Shown: piece after piece, positions 11,125-20,486 of the stretch
How the letters are laid out: each line of letters opens with the position of its first letter
Position numbering within the stretch: the first letter of the stretch is position 1
Assembly (NCBI GenBank): GCA_963835925.1
Contig: CAWIHH010000004.1
Span: forward strand, 282,111 to 346,110
Source: Candidatus Bathyarchaeota archaeon
GTDB taxonomy: Archaea > Thermoproteota > Bathyarchaeia > 40CM-2-53-6
Reading direction: 5' to 3'
Length of the DNA: 64,000 nucleotides
Notes under the pieces: generated by a model
Database searches by the model: none
Seen by the model: the letters and a program-made list of their open reading frames with translations, nothing else
Told to the model about the DNA's origin: nothing
Program-made: the position numbers and the translations under genes

Positions 11125-12664
11125 CTAATCAGACTGTACCACCGGACTGCTTGAAACTTCATGAAAACGGCGGCGCAGCAGGACCTTGTTTATGGCTTCA
11201 ATCATAGCTTCAACGCTTGCAACTACCACGTCTTCGCGTGCGGCAGTTGCAGAAATTGTCGTCCCACTCGCGTCTTCCACTTTTACCAGTGCCTCGGCTA
11301 GAGCGTTAGAGCCGCCCGTGATTGCTTCGAGGCGATATTCTTTCAAGGTTACTTGGATGGCTGGGTCGGTGATTTTCTGGACCGCGCGGATAGCTGCGTC
11401 AACAGGGCCAACACCGGTTTCGGCGGAGGTGAACTCTTTCTGATCCAGTCGTAGTCGCACTGAGGCGGTTGGAATAAGACCCTTGCCAGTCACAACGGCG
11501 AGATCGACCAGGTCCAGCATTCGTTCTCTCTCCCCTGTCTTTCCCAGGACTGCCTCGGTAATTGCAATGAGGTCAGCGTCTGTGACGGTCTTCCCTTTAT
11601 CCCCAATATCCTTGACACGTGTCACAATCTCAGCGAGCTGAGTCCTTGTCAGGGAAGAGCCCTGCTTCCGCAAGTTGGGTCGCAATTCCATGCGCGCCCG
11701 CGTGTTTACCAGCCTGGAACCAACGTTTCCGGCCAACCAATGCAGGATCGTATGGTTCGTATGTTAGCGGCATTTCCGCGATGCCGTGCGTGTGAATCCC
11801 AGACTCATGTCCGAACGCGTTGTCTCCCACAACCGCCTTGTTGGGTTGCAGCCGCACTCCGGTCAAGGTTGCGACGAGTTTCGAAGTTTCACTTAGGAAC
11901 TCCGTCTTGATCCTGCGTGTTTCTATTGCAGAGCAAGTGAAGTGACATCACTAGTTCTTCTAGGGAGGTGTTTCCAGCCCGTTCGCCAATTCCATTCACA
12001 GTCACGTGAGCTTGACTCGCCCCTGCCTCAATTGCAGCGAGGCTGTTCGCCACGGCAAGTCCGAAGTCGTCGTGGCAATGGATGCTGACGGGCACGTTTA
12101 CTGAGGAGACGACTTCCTTCGTTATCTTGGCTATGCTCTGTGGCGATGTAACACCCACCGTGTCTGGGAGGTTCATGCGAACTGCTCCCGATCGTTCCGC
12201 CGTTTTGTAAACGGTCTTTGAGGAATTCGATCTCAGTGCGAGTGGCGTCTTCTGCTGAGAATTCCACAGCTAGATCCACGTTCCTTAGCATACCGAATGG
12301 AATCTGCGATCTGGTCGAGAACCTGCTCGCGATTAAGTTTGAGTTTGTATTTGAGGTGCAGGTCGGAGGTGGCCATGAATATGTGAACACACTTCACTCC
12401 GGAACTCGACACGGCATCAATGTCGCTTTTGCTCGCTCGAGCGAGACCAACTATTTCGCATGATAGCCCAGCCTCTGCCACTGCCTTCACCGCTTCACAT
12501 TCTCCCAGCAGACGCTATGGGAAACCCTGCTTCGATCGCGTCAACACCTAGCTTATCGAGCTGCCTCCCTATCCTGACTTTCTCTTCCGCGGTCAGGGAT
12601 ACTCCGGGAGTTTGTTCTCCGTCTCTAAGTGTGGTGTCGAAGATTCGGACGTTTGCGTACTCAT
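11125..12664 (-). CDS. leuA: 2-isopropylmalate synthase, archaeal LeuA/CimA-type DRE-TIM enzyme (several frameshifts)
   Basis: The ATG overlaps the leuB stop (ATGA). Fragments [34 protein letters not shown] and HESGIH, and a regulatory domain with GVGPVDA. Confidence 0.85.
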
Positions 12665-13698
12665 GCTGCGATCACTTGGCTCAATTGTCTCTTGACTGCC
12701 ATGCACATTTCGGTGGTGCCTAGCCTCCCTCCAAGGTCAGTGGTAACTTCTCCGGAGGCGATGCATCTTTCCACGGCGTTTCTGATGGCTCGTGAAGCTG
12801 AGACTGTCTCCTTGTGGTGTTTCTCTCGTCCAAGCCATTCGAGCATCATTGCGGCCGAGAGGATATGCGAACTGGGGTTCGCCAAGTTTTTTCCAGCAAT
12901 ATCCGGCGCGCACCCATGGACTGGTTCGAAGATGGCAAAGTGTTCGCCGATGTTCGCTGAGGCCGCGAGGCCGAGACCTCCCACAACCTGGGATGCTTCA
13001 TCTGAGAGGATATCACCGAACACGTTAGTCGTTACGATGACATCAAAGTCCTGAGGATTCCTTATCAGGTTCATTGCGGCCGTATCAACCAGCATATCCG
13101 AAAAGGTAACTTGGGGATATTTTGCAGCTACTTCTTTACAGACAGAGAGGAACAAACCGTCAGTCTTCTTCATCACATTGGCCTTGTGCACGGCCGTGAC
13201 TTTCTTCCTTCGCTCACGTGCTAACTCGAACGCGAATTTTGCAATGCGCTCGCAAGCCCTTCGTGTAATTACTCTCGTCCCGGTCGCTCGATCGTTATCC
13301 GCGGTTTCCAATCCAGAGTAAAGGTCTTCAGTGTTCTCTCTCACAATCACCATGTCGACTGAGGGATTCAGGCAAGGAACGTTTGGGATTGACTTCGCAG
13401 GTCTAACGTTCGCGTAGAGGTCCAATCGCTGCCTTAACCGAACGATGACATCATAGGCTGTTTGCCCCACGGGCCCTTTGAGACAGCAGTCGCTTCTCTT
13501 GATTGTTTCAAAGCTTTTTTCCGGCAGAGCCTCTCCCAGGCTTGCTAAAGCTCGGTCGCCTGCCTCGACTGTGGTAAAATCTACTGAGAGATCGAACGCG
13601 CTGCTGACTTCAGCGAGGACCTGTTTTGTAGCGGCGGATTGTTCCGGACCTATCCCGTCTCCCTCAATGAGAGCAACTCTATACCGCGTCGGGTTCAA
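12661..13698 (-). CDS. leuB: 3-isopropylmalate dehydrogenase
   Basis: [48 protein letters not shown]; located inside the leu cluster. Confidence 0.92.
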   Translation of the reverse strand: MNPTRYRVALIEGDGIGPEQSAATKQVLAEVSSAFDLSVDFTTVEAGDRALASLGEALPEKSFETIKRSDCCLKGPVGQTAYDVIVRLRQRLDLYANVRPAKSIPNVPCLNPSVDMVIVRENTEDLYSGLETADNDRATGTRVITRRACERIAKFAFELARERRKKVTAVHKANVMKKTDGLFLSVCKEVAAKYPQVTFSDMLVDTAAMNLIRNPQDFDVIVTTNVFGDILSDEASQVVGGLGLAASANIGEHFAIFEPVHGCAPDIAGKNLANPSSHILSAAMMLEWLGREKHHKETVSASRAIRNAVERCIASGEVTTDLGGRLGTTEMCMAVKRQLSQVIAA

Positions 13699-13775
13699 AA
13701 GTAGCCGACCACTGCTATGTTTGCCCCAACGGTTGGGGCGACATCGATCTTTTTATCGCAGTATACTTTTGCCAT
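13695..13775 (-). pseudogene. ilvC: N-terminal remnant (26 codons) of ketol-acid reductoisomerase
   Basis: ATG two nt after the ilvH stop reads [26 protein letters not shown]. This matches the IlvC start pattern MAKxYYDxDxDLxxLxGKxIAVIGYG and breaks off at the GYG motif. It occupies the usual ilvC position after ilvB-ilvH. Confidence 0.75.
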
Positions 13776-13777
13776 TC

Positions 13778-14290
13778 TTACATTACCTTTTGAACTATCA
13801 TTTCGCGAGCGAGCGCAACGGCACCCGTTCGCGCAACTTGCATTAGCCCGAAGTTTCTGGCAAGGTTCACGAACGCATTTATCTTATCCGAATCGCCAGA
13901 AACCTCGACAGTCAGTGTATCAGTTGACATATCCACAATGTCCGCGCGAAACGTCTCAATGAACTTGACGACTTCGGGTCTCGTTACGGGGGCCCCAGGA
14001 GAAAGCTTCACCAGCGCGAGCTCACGAACAGTCGCGTTTCTCTCTTCGAGTGGTTCAACCATGTGCACATCCACTAGGTTCTCTATGTTCTTCATGACTT
14101 GGTCGAACCGACTATAGTCAGCTGAAAACGTGAAAGTCATCCTTGACAAGCCAGGCGTTTCGGCAGGACCCACCGCGATACTTTCAATGTTGAATGACTT
14201 TCTGCGAATCAGATTCGTAATTCGAAATAGAACACCCGGCTTATTCTCAACCAGGGCGGATATTATTCTTGGACGGCCGCTCTGACTCAT
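13778..14290 (-). CDS. ilvH: Acetolactate synthase small (regulatory) subunit
   Basis: ISALVENKPGVLFRI, FNIESIAVG, RELALVK, VARTGAVAL. Confidence 0.95.
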   Translation of the reverse strand: MSQSGRPRIISALVENKPGVLFRITNLIRRKSFNIESIAVGPAETPGLSRMTFTFSADYSRFDQVMKNIENLVDVHMVEPLEERNATVRELALVKLSPGAPVTRPEVVKFIETFRADIVDMSTDTLTVEVSGDSDKINAFVNLARNFGLMQVARTGAVALAREMIVQKVM

Positions 14291-15990
14291 TCAACAATCA
14301 TCTCCTTCAAGCCTGCGCCTGGGGGCAACATCGGCAGCACATTTTCTTCTGGCGAGATGGGGACATCGATTACTGTCGTCACAGCAGAGGCGATTGCCTT
14401 CTTGACCGCCGCTTCGAGTTCTGGGAGCGTTTCCACTCGAATTCCTTCAGCACCGTAAGACTCGGCGAGTTTTACGAAATCTGGCGATTTGCCAAGCTGA
14501 ACCGCAGAGTATCGTCGGTTGAAAAAGAGCCGCTGCCATTGAGCCACCATTCCCAACATGCGGTTGTTCAGAATCACAACCGTGACCGGAATGTCTTCCT
14601 CGACGCTGATCGCGAGAGAATTCTCAGTCATTGCGAAACTCCCGTCGCCAGCAACGTCGAAGACCGGAACATCGGGCCTGGCGACTTTCGCACCAAGCGC
14701 TGCGGGGAATCCGAAGCCCATCGTTCCTAGCCCACCTGAGCTGATGAAGGTTCCAGGTTCAATGACTTGAAAGTGCTGCAGGCACCACATTTGGTGTTGC
14801 CCGACCTCAGTAGCGACGATGGCGTTTGGTGGAATGAACCGGCGGAGCATTTTGATTGTTTCGACTCCGCTCAAGTGTGGTTTGCCATTGCCATCGAGCG
14901 CTGTCTGGGCGATTGTCACAGCCTCCTGATTTCGTTTTACCCATGAATTTCGTTCGCCGCTAAGCATACTGGGGTCCAATTCCCGCAGTAGAGTCTGCAT
15001 TGCCCTCCTCGCATCTGCAAGCAGAAAAACGACTGGAGTCTTGTAATTCTTGCCTATCTCAGCCCTGTCTATGTCAATGTGTATGACCTTCGCGTTTGGA
15101 GCAAACTTTTCGATCCTGCCCGTTGTTCTGTCCGAGAATCTCGCACCTATCACCAGAAGCAGATCACATTCTGGTATGAACGTGTTCGTCAGTTCGGAAC
15201 CGTGCATCCCCACGCAACCGAATGAGAGTGGGTGATTCTCTGGAAAGACCCCTTTTCCCATGAAAGACGTAACGACTGGTGCCATTAGTAATTCAGCGAG
15301 AGCTTGGAGTTCGTGATATGCATTCGCTATTCTCACACCGCCTCCAGCCAATATGACTGGGCGCTGTGCACTCAGAACCGTTCGGGCAATGGTTTTCACA
15401 ATTGTGGAATCAGGGCTCGGGAGTGAAACGTAATATGGATAATGAACGTTTTCCGGGAATTCAATATCATCTTCAGTTTGCTGAACATCTTTTGGAATAT
15501 CCACGAGAACTGGCTGGGGCCTTCTAGTATTCGCCAAATAGAAGGCAGCCTTGATCGAGTAGGGCACGTCTCGGACAGTGAGGGGTTGAAAAGTGTATTT
15601 TGTTACTGACGTCGCCATTCCGATGATATCAATTTCTTGAAAACCGTCGGTTCCTATCACGTACGTGGGAACTTGGCCCGTGATTGCCACAATGGGTGAA
15701 GAATCCATATACGCTGTGGCTAGACCTGTCAATAGGTTCGTTGCGCCGGGACCGGAGGTGGCCATGCAGACTCCAATCTTGCCGGAGGCACGTGCATAGC
15801 CATCTGCCATGTGGGCGGCGGATTGTTCGTGTCGAACCAGTATATGTCTTATTTCTTTCTCAGCCCGACTTGGATGACATAGAGCGTCGTAGATGGGCAT
15901 ATTCATCCCACCCGGGATTCCAAAAACAACTTCCACGCGTTCGCGTTTGAGAGCGCCTACGACTGCTTCAGCGCCGGTCATTTTTGTCAT
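14287..15990 (-). CDS. ilvB: Acetolactate synthase large subunit
   Basis: FGIPGG, RHEQSAAHMADGYAR, TSGPGATN, SGGLGTMGFG and the ThDP motif GDGSF...NN. Start placed at MTKMTGAE with an SD-like GTGAT upstream. Confidence 0.96.
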   Translation of the reverse strand: MTKMTGAEAVVGALKRERVEVVFGIPGGMNMPIYDALCHPSRAEKEIRHILVRHEQSAAHMADGYARASGKIGVCMATSGPGATNLLTGLATAYMDSSPIVAITGQVPTYVIGTDGFQEIDIIGMATSVTKYTFQPLTVRDVPYSIKAAFYLANTRRPQPVLVDIPKDVQQTEDDIEFPENVHYPYYVSLPSPDSTIVKTIARTVLSAQRPVILAGGGVRIANAYHELQALAELLMAPVVTSFMGKGVFPENHPLSFGCVGMHGSELTNTFIPECDLLLVIGARFSDRTTGRIEKFAPNAKVIHIDIDRAEIGKNYKTPVVFLLADARRAMQTLLRELDPSMLSGERNSWVKRNQEAVTIAQTALDGNGKPHLSGVETIKMLRRFIPPNAIVATEVGQHQMWCLQHFQVIEPGTFISSGGLGTMGFGFPAALGAKVARPDVPVFDVAGDGSFAMTENSLAISVEEDIPVTVVILNNRMLGMVAQWQRLFFNRRYSAVQLGKSPDFVKLAESYGAEGIRVETLPELEAAVKKAIASAVTTVIDVPISPEENVLPMLPPGAGLKEMIVE

Positions 15991-16015
15991 ATTTAGTCTC
16001 ATCACTAGTTTTCTT

Positions 16016-16052
16016 ACAACCCGCCATCCAATTTGATTGGGGAGCGGGCTAT
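16016..16052 (-). promoter_or_regulatory. Leader hairpin between the leader ORF and ilvB
   Basis: On the minus-strand RNA, AUAGCCCGCU pairs with GGCGGGUUGU (10 bp including G-U pairs), followed by a 2x2 internal loop and CCAAU-caa-AUUGG. The stem includes the leader UAG stop. Confidence 0.6.
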
Positions 16053-16147
16053 TGAAGGACAATAACGCCTACGAGTGAAAGGAGAAGATTTGAATTCGTA
16101 CGCTGCGTGGGTGGATTAGTCAAGACGCTCGTAGACCTTGAATTCAC
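16049..16147 (-). CDS. Putative ilv-leu leader peptide (32 aa from GTG 16147, or 24 aa from TTG 16123)
   Basis: MNSRSTSVLTNPPTQRTNSNLLLSLVGVIVLQ*; 9 of codons 21-31 are Leu/Val/Ile. It lies between an AT-rich TATA-like element (16166-16180) and ilvB. Confidence 0.65.
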   Translation of the reverse strand: MNSRSTSVLTNPPTQRTNSNLLLSLVGVIVLQ

Positions 16148-16202
16148 GATAAGCCCGAAAAGGCTCTAATAAGTATTATGAGACATTTCGTTTGCTGGTT
16201 GG

Positions 16203-17860
16203 TCATGAGGATTTTGTGTTGGGAAAATCTCTCAACGACTTGGCCTTTGGTGTCATCTTTCTGAGTGCATATGCGTAGCCGTCGACCAATGCTTTCGCAC
16301 TTGCTTCGAGAACATTCGTTGAAGAGGCAACGGTTGTCCACGTTTTGTGCCTGTCAGAGAAATCCACGTATACAGCCACTTTCGCGGCCGTGCCGGCCTC
16401 TGAATCAATCTCTCTGACTCTATATCCAACAAGCATTGCGGAGAATTTTGAACCGAACTTCTCTCGCAGCACAACATGAAGTCCTTGGTCGAGGGCATTG
16501 ACTGGACCGTTGCCGTGAGCAGTGGTTTCAAGAACTCTACCCTTGACCTCAACCGTCAAATTACACTCCGAAAATAACTTTCCCTCCTCGCTTCGTACAG
16601 TTGTCTTCCACGCGACGACCCTAAATGGGTCAGGTTTTCTGCTAAGGGTACGTTGGAAGAGTAGTTCTATTGACGCCTCAGCAAACTCAAGGTTGCAGCC
16701 CTGAGCCTCAAGGCGCTTTACTTCGCGAAGAAGCTCCGGGACATTTCGGTCACTCCTCCCGAGATTAAATCCGAATTTCTTGGCGGCGTGAAGCAGACTT
16801 GACCGCCCCGCTTGAGATGAGATAGTGATTGCGCGCGAATTTCCGAACGCACTTGGGTTAAAGAACTCGTATGCTCTCTTTGCCTTCAGAACAGCGTCAC
16901 CATGGACGCCTGCTTTGTGTGAGAATGCGTGCTTTCCTACAAATGGTTTGTACTGGTCTTCAGGGAGACCGCTCATTTCGTAAGTGAAGCGCGACAATGA
17001 AGCCAGCATGTTGCTCCGAATCTTGGTTTCCACACCCGCGAGTTGCAGATTCGCGATCACTTCGATTAAGTCAGCATTACCAACTCGCTCACCCAACCCA
17101 TTCATCGTTCCCTGTACATGCCACGCCCCCGCCATCACGGCGAAAAGCGTGTTGGCAGTGGCCATGCCGCGGTCGTTGTGAGCGTGAATTCCAATGGGTG
17201 TGCTAACGTGTTCCACTACTCTTCTCGCGGCCTCGTAAATTTCCGGCGGCAGCGACCCGCCTCTGGTGTCGCATAGAACGAGTGTCGAGGCCCCAGCATC
17301 TTCAGCAGCACCTAGAATCGAGAGAGCGTAGTCAGGATCAGCCTTAAACCCGTCGAAGAAGTGCTCACCGTCGAAGATTACTTTTCGTCCATGTGAACGC
17401 AGAAATTTCACAGAATCGTAGACCATCTTTCGATTCTCGTCGAGCGTCGTCCTTAGGACTTTTTCGACCTGGAATCCCCAACACTTGCCGAAAATTGTGA
17501 CGGTTTTGGTCCCGGCTTCGATGAGATATTTGAGATTTGGATCTTCTGAAGAGTCACTCTGTGGGCGGCGGGTCATTCCGAAGGCGGTAACATGTGAGAA
17601 GCCTTCGCCATCCAGAGACTTGGCCAGCTTGAAGAAGTCGACGTCAATTGGATTCTTATCGTTAGGCCAACCGCCTTCAACATAATCAACTGCGGCATCA
17701 ATGAAAGCTTTAGCGACTCGAAGTTTCTGTGTTGAGGTAAAATTCACGCCGACTGACTGATTACCATCACGAAGCGTCGTGTCGTAAACTTCTACGCACT
17801 TTGGAAAATGTTCAGCAAAATTACTTTGCCTGGCGACGACTTTTTCGGTTGACGATAAAT
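16203..17860 (-). CDS. cimA: Citramalate synthase (bacterial-type CimA)
   Basis: In-frame VEVYDTTLRDGNQ upstream of the ORF-track start; EGGWP, AFGMTRR, IFDGEHFFDGFK, LCDTRGG, HAHNDRG, GERVGNAD, HKAGVH, AEASIELL, GNGPVNALD, WTTVASSTN. The start codon is unclear. Confidence 0.85.
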
Positions 17861-18147
17861 CGATCCCTCATTCAATTTGCCGCCTTTCGCACAACAGCAA
17901 GCTCGCTCCCATAAAAACATTCGAAATGATTTGCGAGTTGTGAAAACTTTGCTCATCTGAATACTACAATGATCTGACGCGGATAACGAAACCTTTCATT
18001 CTTGATTCAAGTTTTTCAATGTCAGACGTAACTGCGAACCTGACCCTACTTCGAAAACAACACGATTTCTGTCTTGATTCATTCAAATTTGACCCTGAAA
18101 TCGAACCGTTTATTTTTCTAAATGCCCATAACGCGTTGCGATTAGTC

Positions 18148-18480
18148 TTGCACAAGGTTAACGAGAGCATGGTTGCTGACGCGCCTGTCACGGAAGAGGG
18201 CGCGAAAGGGGCAAAAATAAAATGGCTTATCAGCGAGAAGGATGGAGCGCCAAATTTCGTCATGCGGCATTTCTCGGTGGGCGCGGGAGGATTTACACCG
18301 CTTCACGCACACGACTGGGAGCATGAAGTCTATGTCCTCGAAGGACACGGTAAGGTTCGTTACGAGAACGCAGAGGAAAGTATCCATCCTGGAGACGCAA
18401 TTCTAATCCCGCCGGGGAAGAAACACCAGTTTCAAGCTGGCTCGGAAACTCTCAGATTCATCTGCATCGTGCCCAAATGA
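18148..18480 (+). CDS. Cupin domain protein
   Basis: GAPNFVMRHF, TPLHAHDWEHEVYVLEG, IPPGKKHQF. Start moved to TTG 18148, downstream of a TATA-like tract near 18108. Confidence 0.88.
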   Translation: MHKVNESMVADAPVTEEGAKGAKIKWLISEKDGAPNFVMRHFSVGAGGFTPLHAHDWEHEVYVLEGHGKVRYENAEESIHPGDAILIPPGKKHQFQAGSETLRFICIVPK

Positions 18481-18928
18481 ATCGTCCGAGCCGCAAATAA
18501 GCAATGACAATCTGACTCCGTGAAACTCATCTGAAAGACCAAGACACGGACAATGCTCGGTTACCTTTCCAGGGCTCATATTCCGCAATCCCTCTGGCGC
18601 AAAGTCAGAGAGTCATCCAGTGCATGGTAATTCGCAGCATCAACAACGCGTTCGAGCACCTTAGACAAGGCGGGTTGCGTTCGAAATGGTTCACACTTCT
18701 CTCTGTGAGAGTTCAGGAATAGCAAGAGCCGCTGTCACGATCCAGTATTTTTCTCAGATGCCATCTCGGAGTGACTGCGCGCATTGCTGCGTCTATGTCA
18801 ACGGTCGCGTCCTCAAAATCGCGATAAGTTCCGATCATCTTGTTTCGGAGTCTTCACTCAATTTTGTTAGCGAGCCTAGCTACGCTTTTTTCCATGTAAG
18901 GCAATGAACGATTACAGTGGTGTAGAAA

Positions 18929-19708
18929 TTGCGAAAAATGTTAATGTTCATTGTCATAGCCAGTTTTATCCTTCCAACGGTTCTAAACGCTAGTTCTGTC
19001 TCTGCACAGCCAAGTCTTATCCCAAGTCCCCCACATCTTGCCTCAGGACAATCTCAACCTGGAGCGTTGATTCTTTCTCCAATTTCGGTATATGACCCGT
19101 GGAGGCCTGAGGATCTAGTGGGCATTCAAAACGCTTTGACGCAGGCGGGTTACAGTATAACGGATCTTGAGAATACGGCCGTGACTCTGGATGTGCTTAC
19201 GACGCAGATGAATAACTATCAGGTAGTAATTTGGAGGAGTAACGTGTACGAGCATAATCACATTACATACTTCTACGTGGGCCAATTGAACGATCCGACA
19301 ACTCAACTGTCCTACGCCTCGGATTTCGCCTCGGGTTATCTTGACGCTTCACACGGGATTCTGGGTGCGAGCGTTAGTTTCTTCAGCAACCACTTCGGGC
19401 AGAACTCTCTCTCCAACATTAAAGTGATGATGCTGATCTCGAGCGACTCGGATTCCATAGCCAGCATATACCTAAGTGCGGGCGCCCAGTCGATCGTCGA
19501 TTTCACAGGCATCTTCTCCCTAGAGTTCGGCACGGCAGACGATTTAGCGTACGGTATTTTCGCGTATCTCGCGCAGGGCAATAGCGTAGCTAACTCCGTT
19601 TCAAATACAATACAACCATTTCAGAACATGGTGCTAGAAGACCCCCTGGACAGTTTGAACCTGCCAAGCGTTGCCTACAGCGGAAACAGCGCAATAACGA
19701 TCCTCTAA
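18929..19708 (+). CDS. Secreted hypothetical protein (alpha/beta pattern)
   Basis: Signal peptide MRKMLMFIVIASFILPTVLNASSVSA, an intact 259-aa ORF, followed by a T-tract. Confidence 0.75.
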   Translation: MRKMLMFIVIASFILPTVLNASSVSAQPSLIPSPPHLASGQSQPGALILSPISVYDPWRPEDLVGIQNALTQAGYSITDLENTAVTLDVLTTQMNNYQVVIWRSNVYEHNHITYFYVGQLNDPTTQLSYASDFASGYLDASHGILGASVSFFSNHFGQNSLSNIKVMMLISSDSDSIASIYLSAGAQSIVDFTGIFSLEFGTADDLAYGIFAYLAQGNSVANSVSNTIQPFQNMVLEDPLDSLNLPSVAYSGNSAITIL

Positions 19709-19758
19709 CATGCACCCAGAACTTCCATCAGATAGCATGCGATCTATGCCTTCCCCAA

Positions 19759-19779
19759 TTCCTTCTTTTTTTCACTTCT
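19759..19779 (+). terminator. Pyrimidine/T-tract archaeal terminator
   Basis: ttccttcttttttTcacttct (7-T run) about 50 nt after the 19708 stop. Confidence 0.5.
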
Positions 19780-19908
19780 GACCTTCACGAAAAATCAGAT
19801 TCTCTGCAAGACTTCAATTAAAGTCGAAGCATCCTGGTAAGCCCCATTTTCAAATCGTCGTTCAGCAGTCTTTATCATTTCGCCTCACGAGACCTAGCGC
19901 GAAGAATC

Positions 19909-20166
19909 ATGCTATTGATCATCGGTCTGTCTTCTGATGCCGACCCGTTCCCCTTAGATGCTTTGACCCAAGTGGATGCAGCTTTAGCTTCTGCGGGTTA
20001 CAAGAAGGAAGTTCGCTCGGTCCTTAAGCCGGGAAGGGAGTTCTCGGTAACATATGATGGCCCGACCGCTGAGAAGAGCCGTATCAATGGCCTTTTGAAG
20101 TCCATTGCGGAAGAAAATGGAATTACTTTCACCATTGAAATGGAAGAGTCCGTGAGATTTCCCTAA
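19909..20166 (+). CDS. Small hypothetical protein, possible ACT/ferredoxin-like fold
   Basis: 85 aa with an alternating beta-alpha-beta-beta-alpha-beta hydrophobic pattern; TATA-like TTTATC near 19871. Confidence 0.6.
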   Translation: MLLIIGLSSDADPFPLDALTQVDAALASAGYKKEVRSVLKPGREFSVTYDGPTAEKSRINGLLKSIAEENGITFTIEMEESVRFP

Positions 20167-20309
20167 CGCCTCTCTGAGTCTCGCCGATTTGCTGCCAATC
20201 AAGCGTTTAGTTTCACTTGGGTCAGAGGCATCGTAGTGGCCCTGGCGTCCATTAAATCGGCAATTCGGGTCCGTTGATTTGTATCGTTGTTTGCATGGTG
20301 AACTGTCTG

Positions 20310-20486
20310 ATGCTTGAGGGATTTGCGAAAATAATTTTACCAACACGAAGTGACCGCAGCAAAACCGGCATTCTATACATCCCCGCAGATGTTGTCAAGG
20401 ATTCATCGTTTCCCTTCGACCCAGATCAGGAAGTCATGATTCGAATTGACGGCAAACGTCTCATCATAGAGGGTGCCAGAGCATGA
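20310..20486 (+). CDS. AbrB/SpoVT/MazE-like swapped-hairpin DNA-binding protein
   Basis: MLEGFAKIILPTRSDRSKTGILYIPADVVKDSSFPFDPDQEVMIRIDGKRLIIEGARA; SD GGTGA at 20297; the stop overlaps the crenactin ATG (ATGA). Confidence 0.7.
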   Translation: MLEGFAKIILPTRSDRSKTGILYIPADVVKDSSFPFDPDQEVMIRIDGKRLIIEGARA

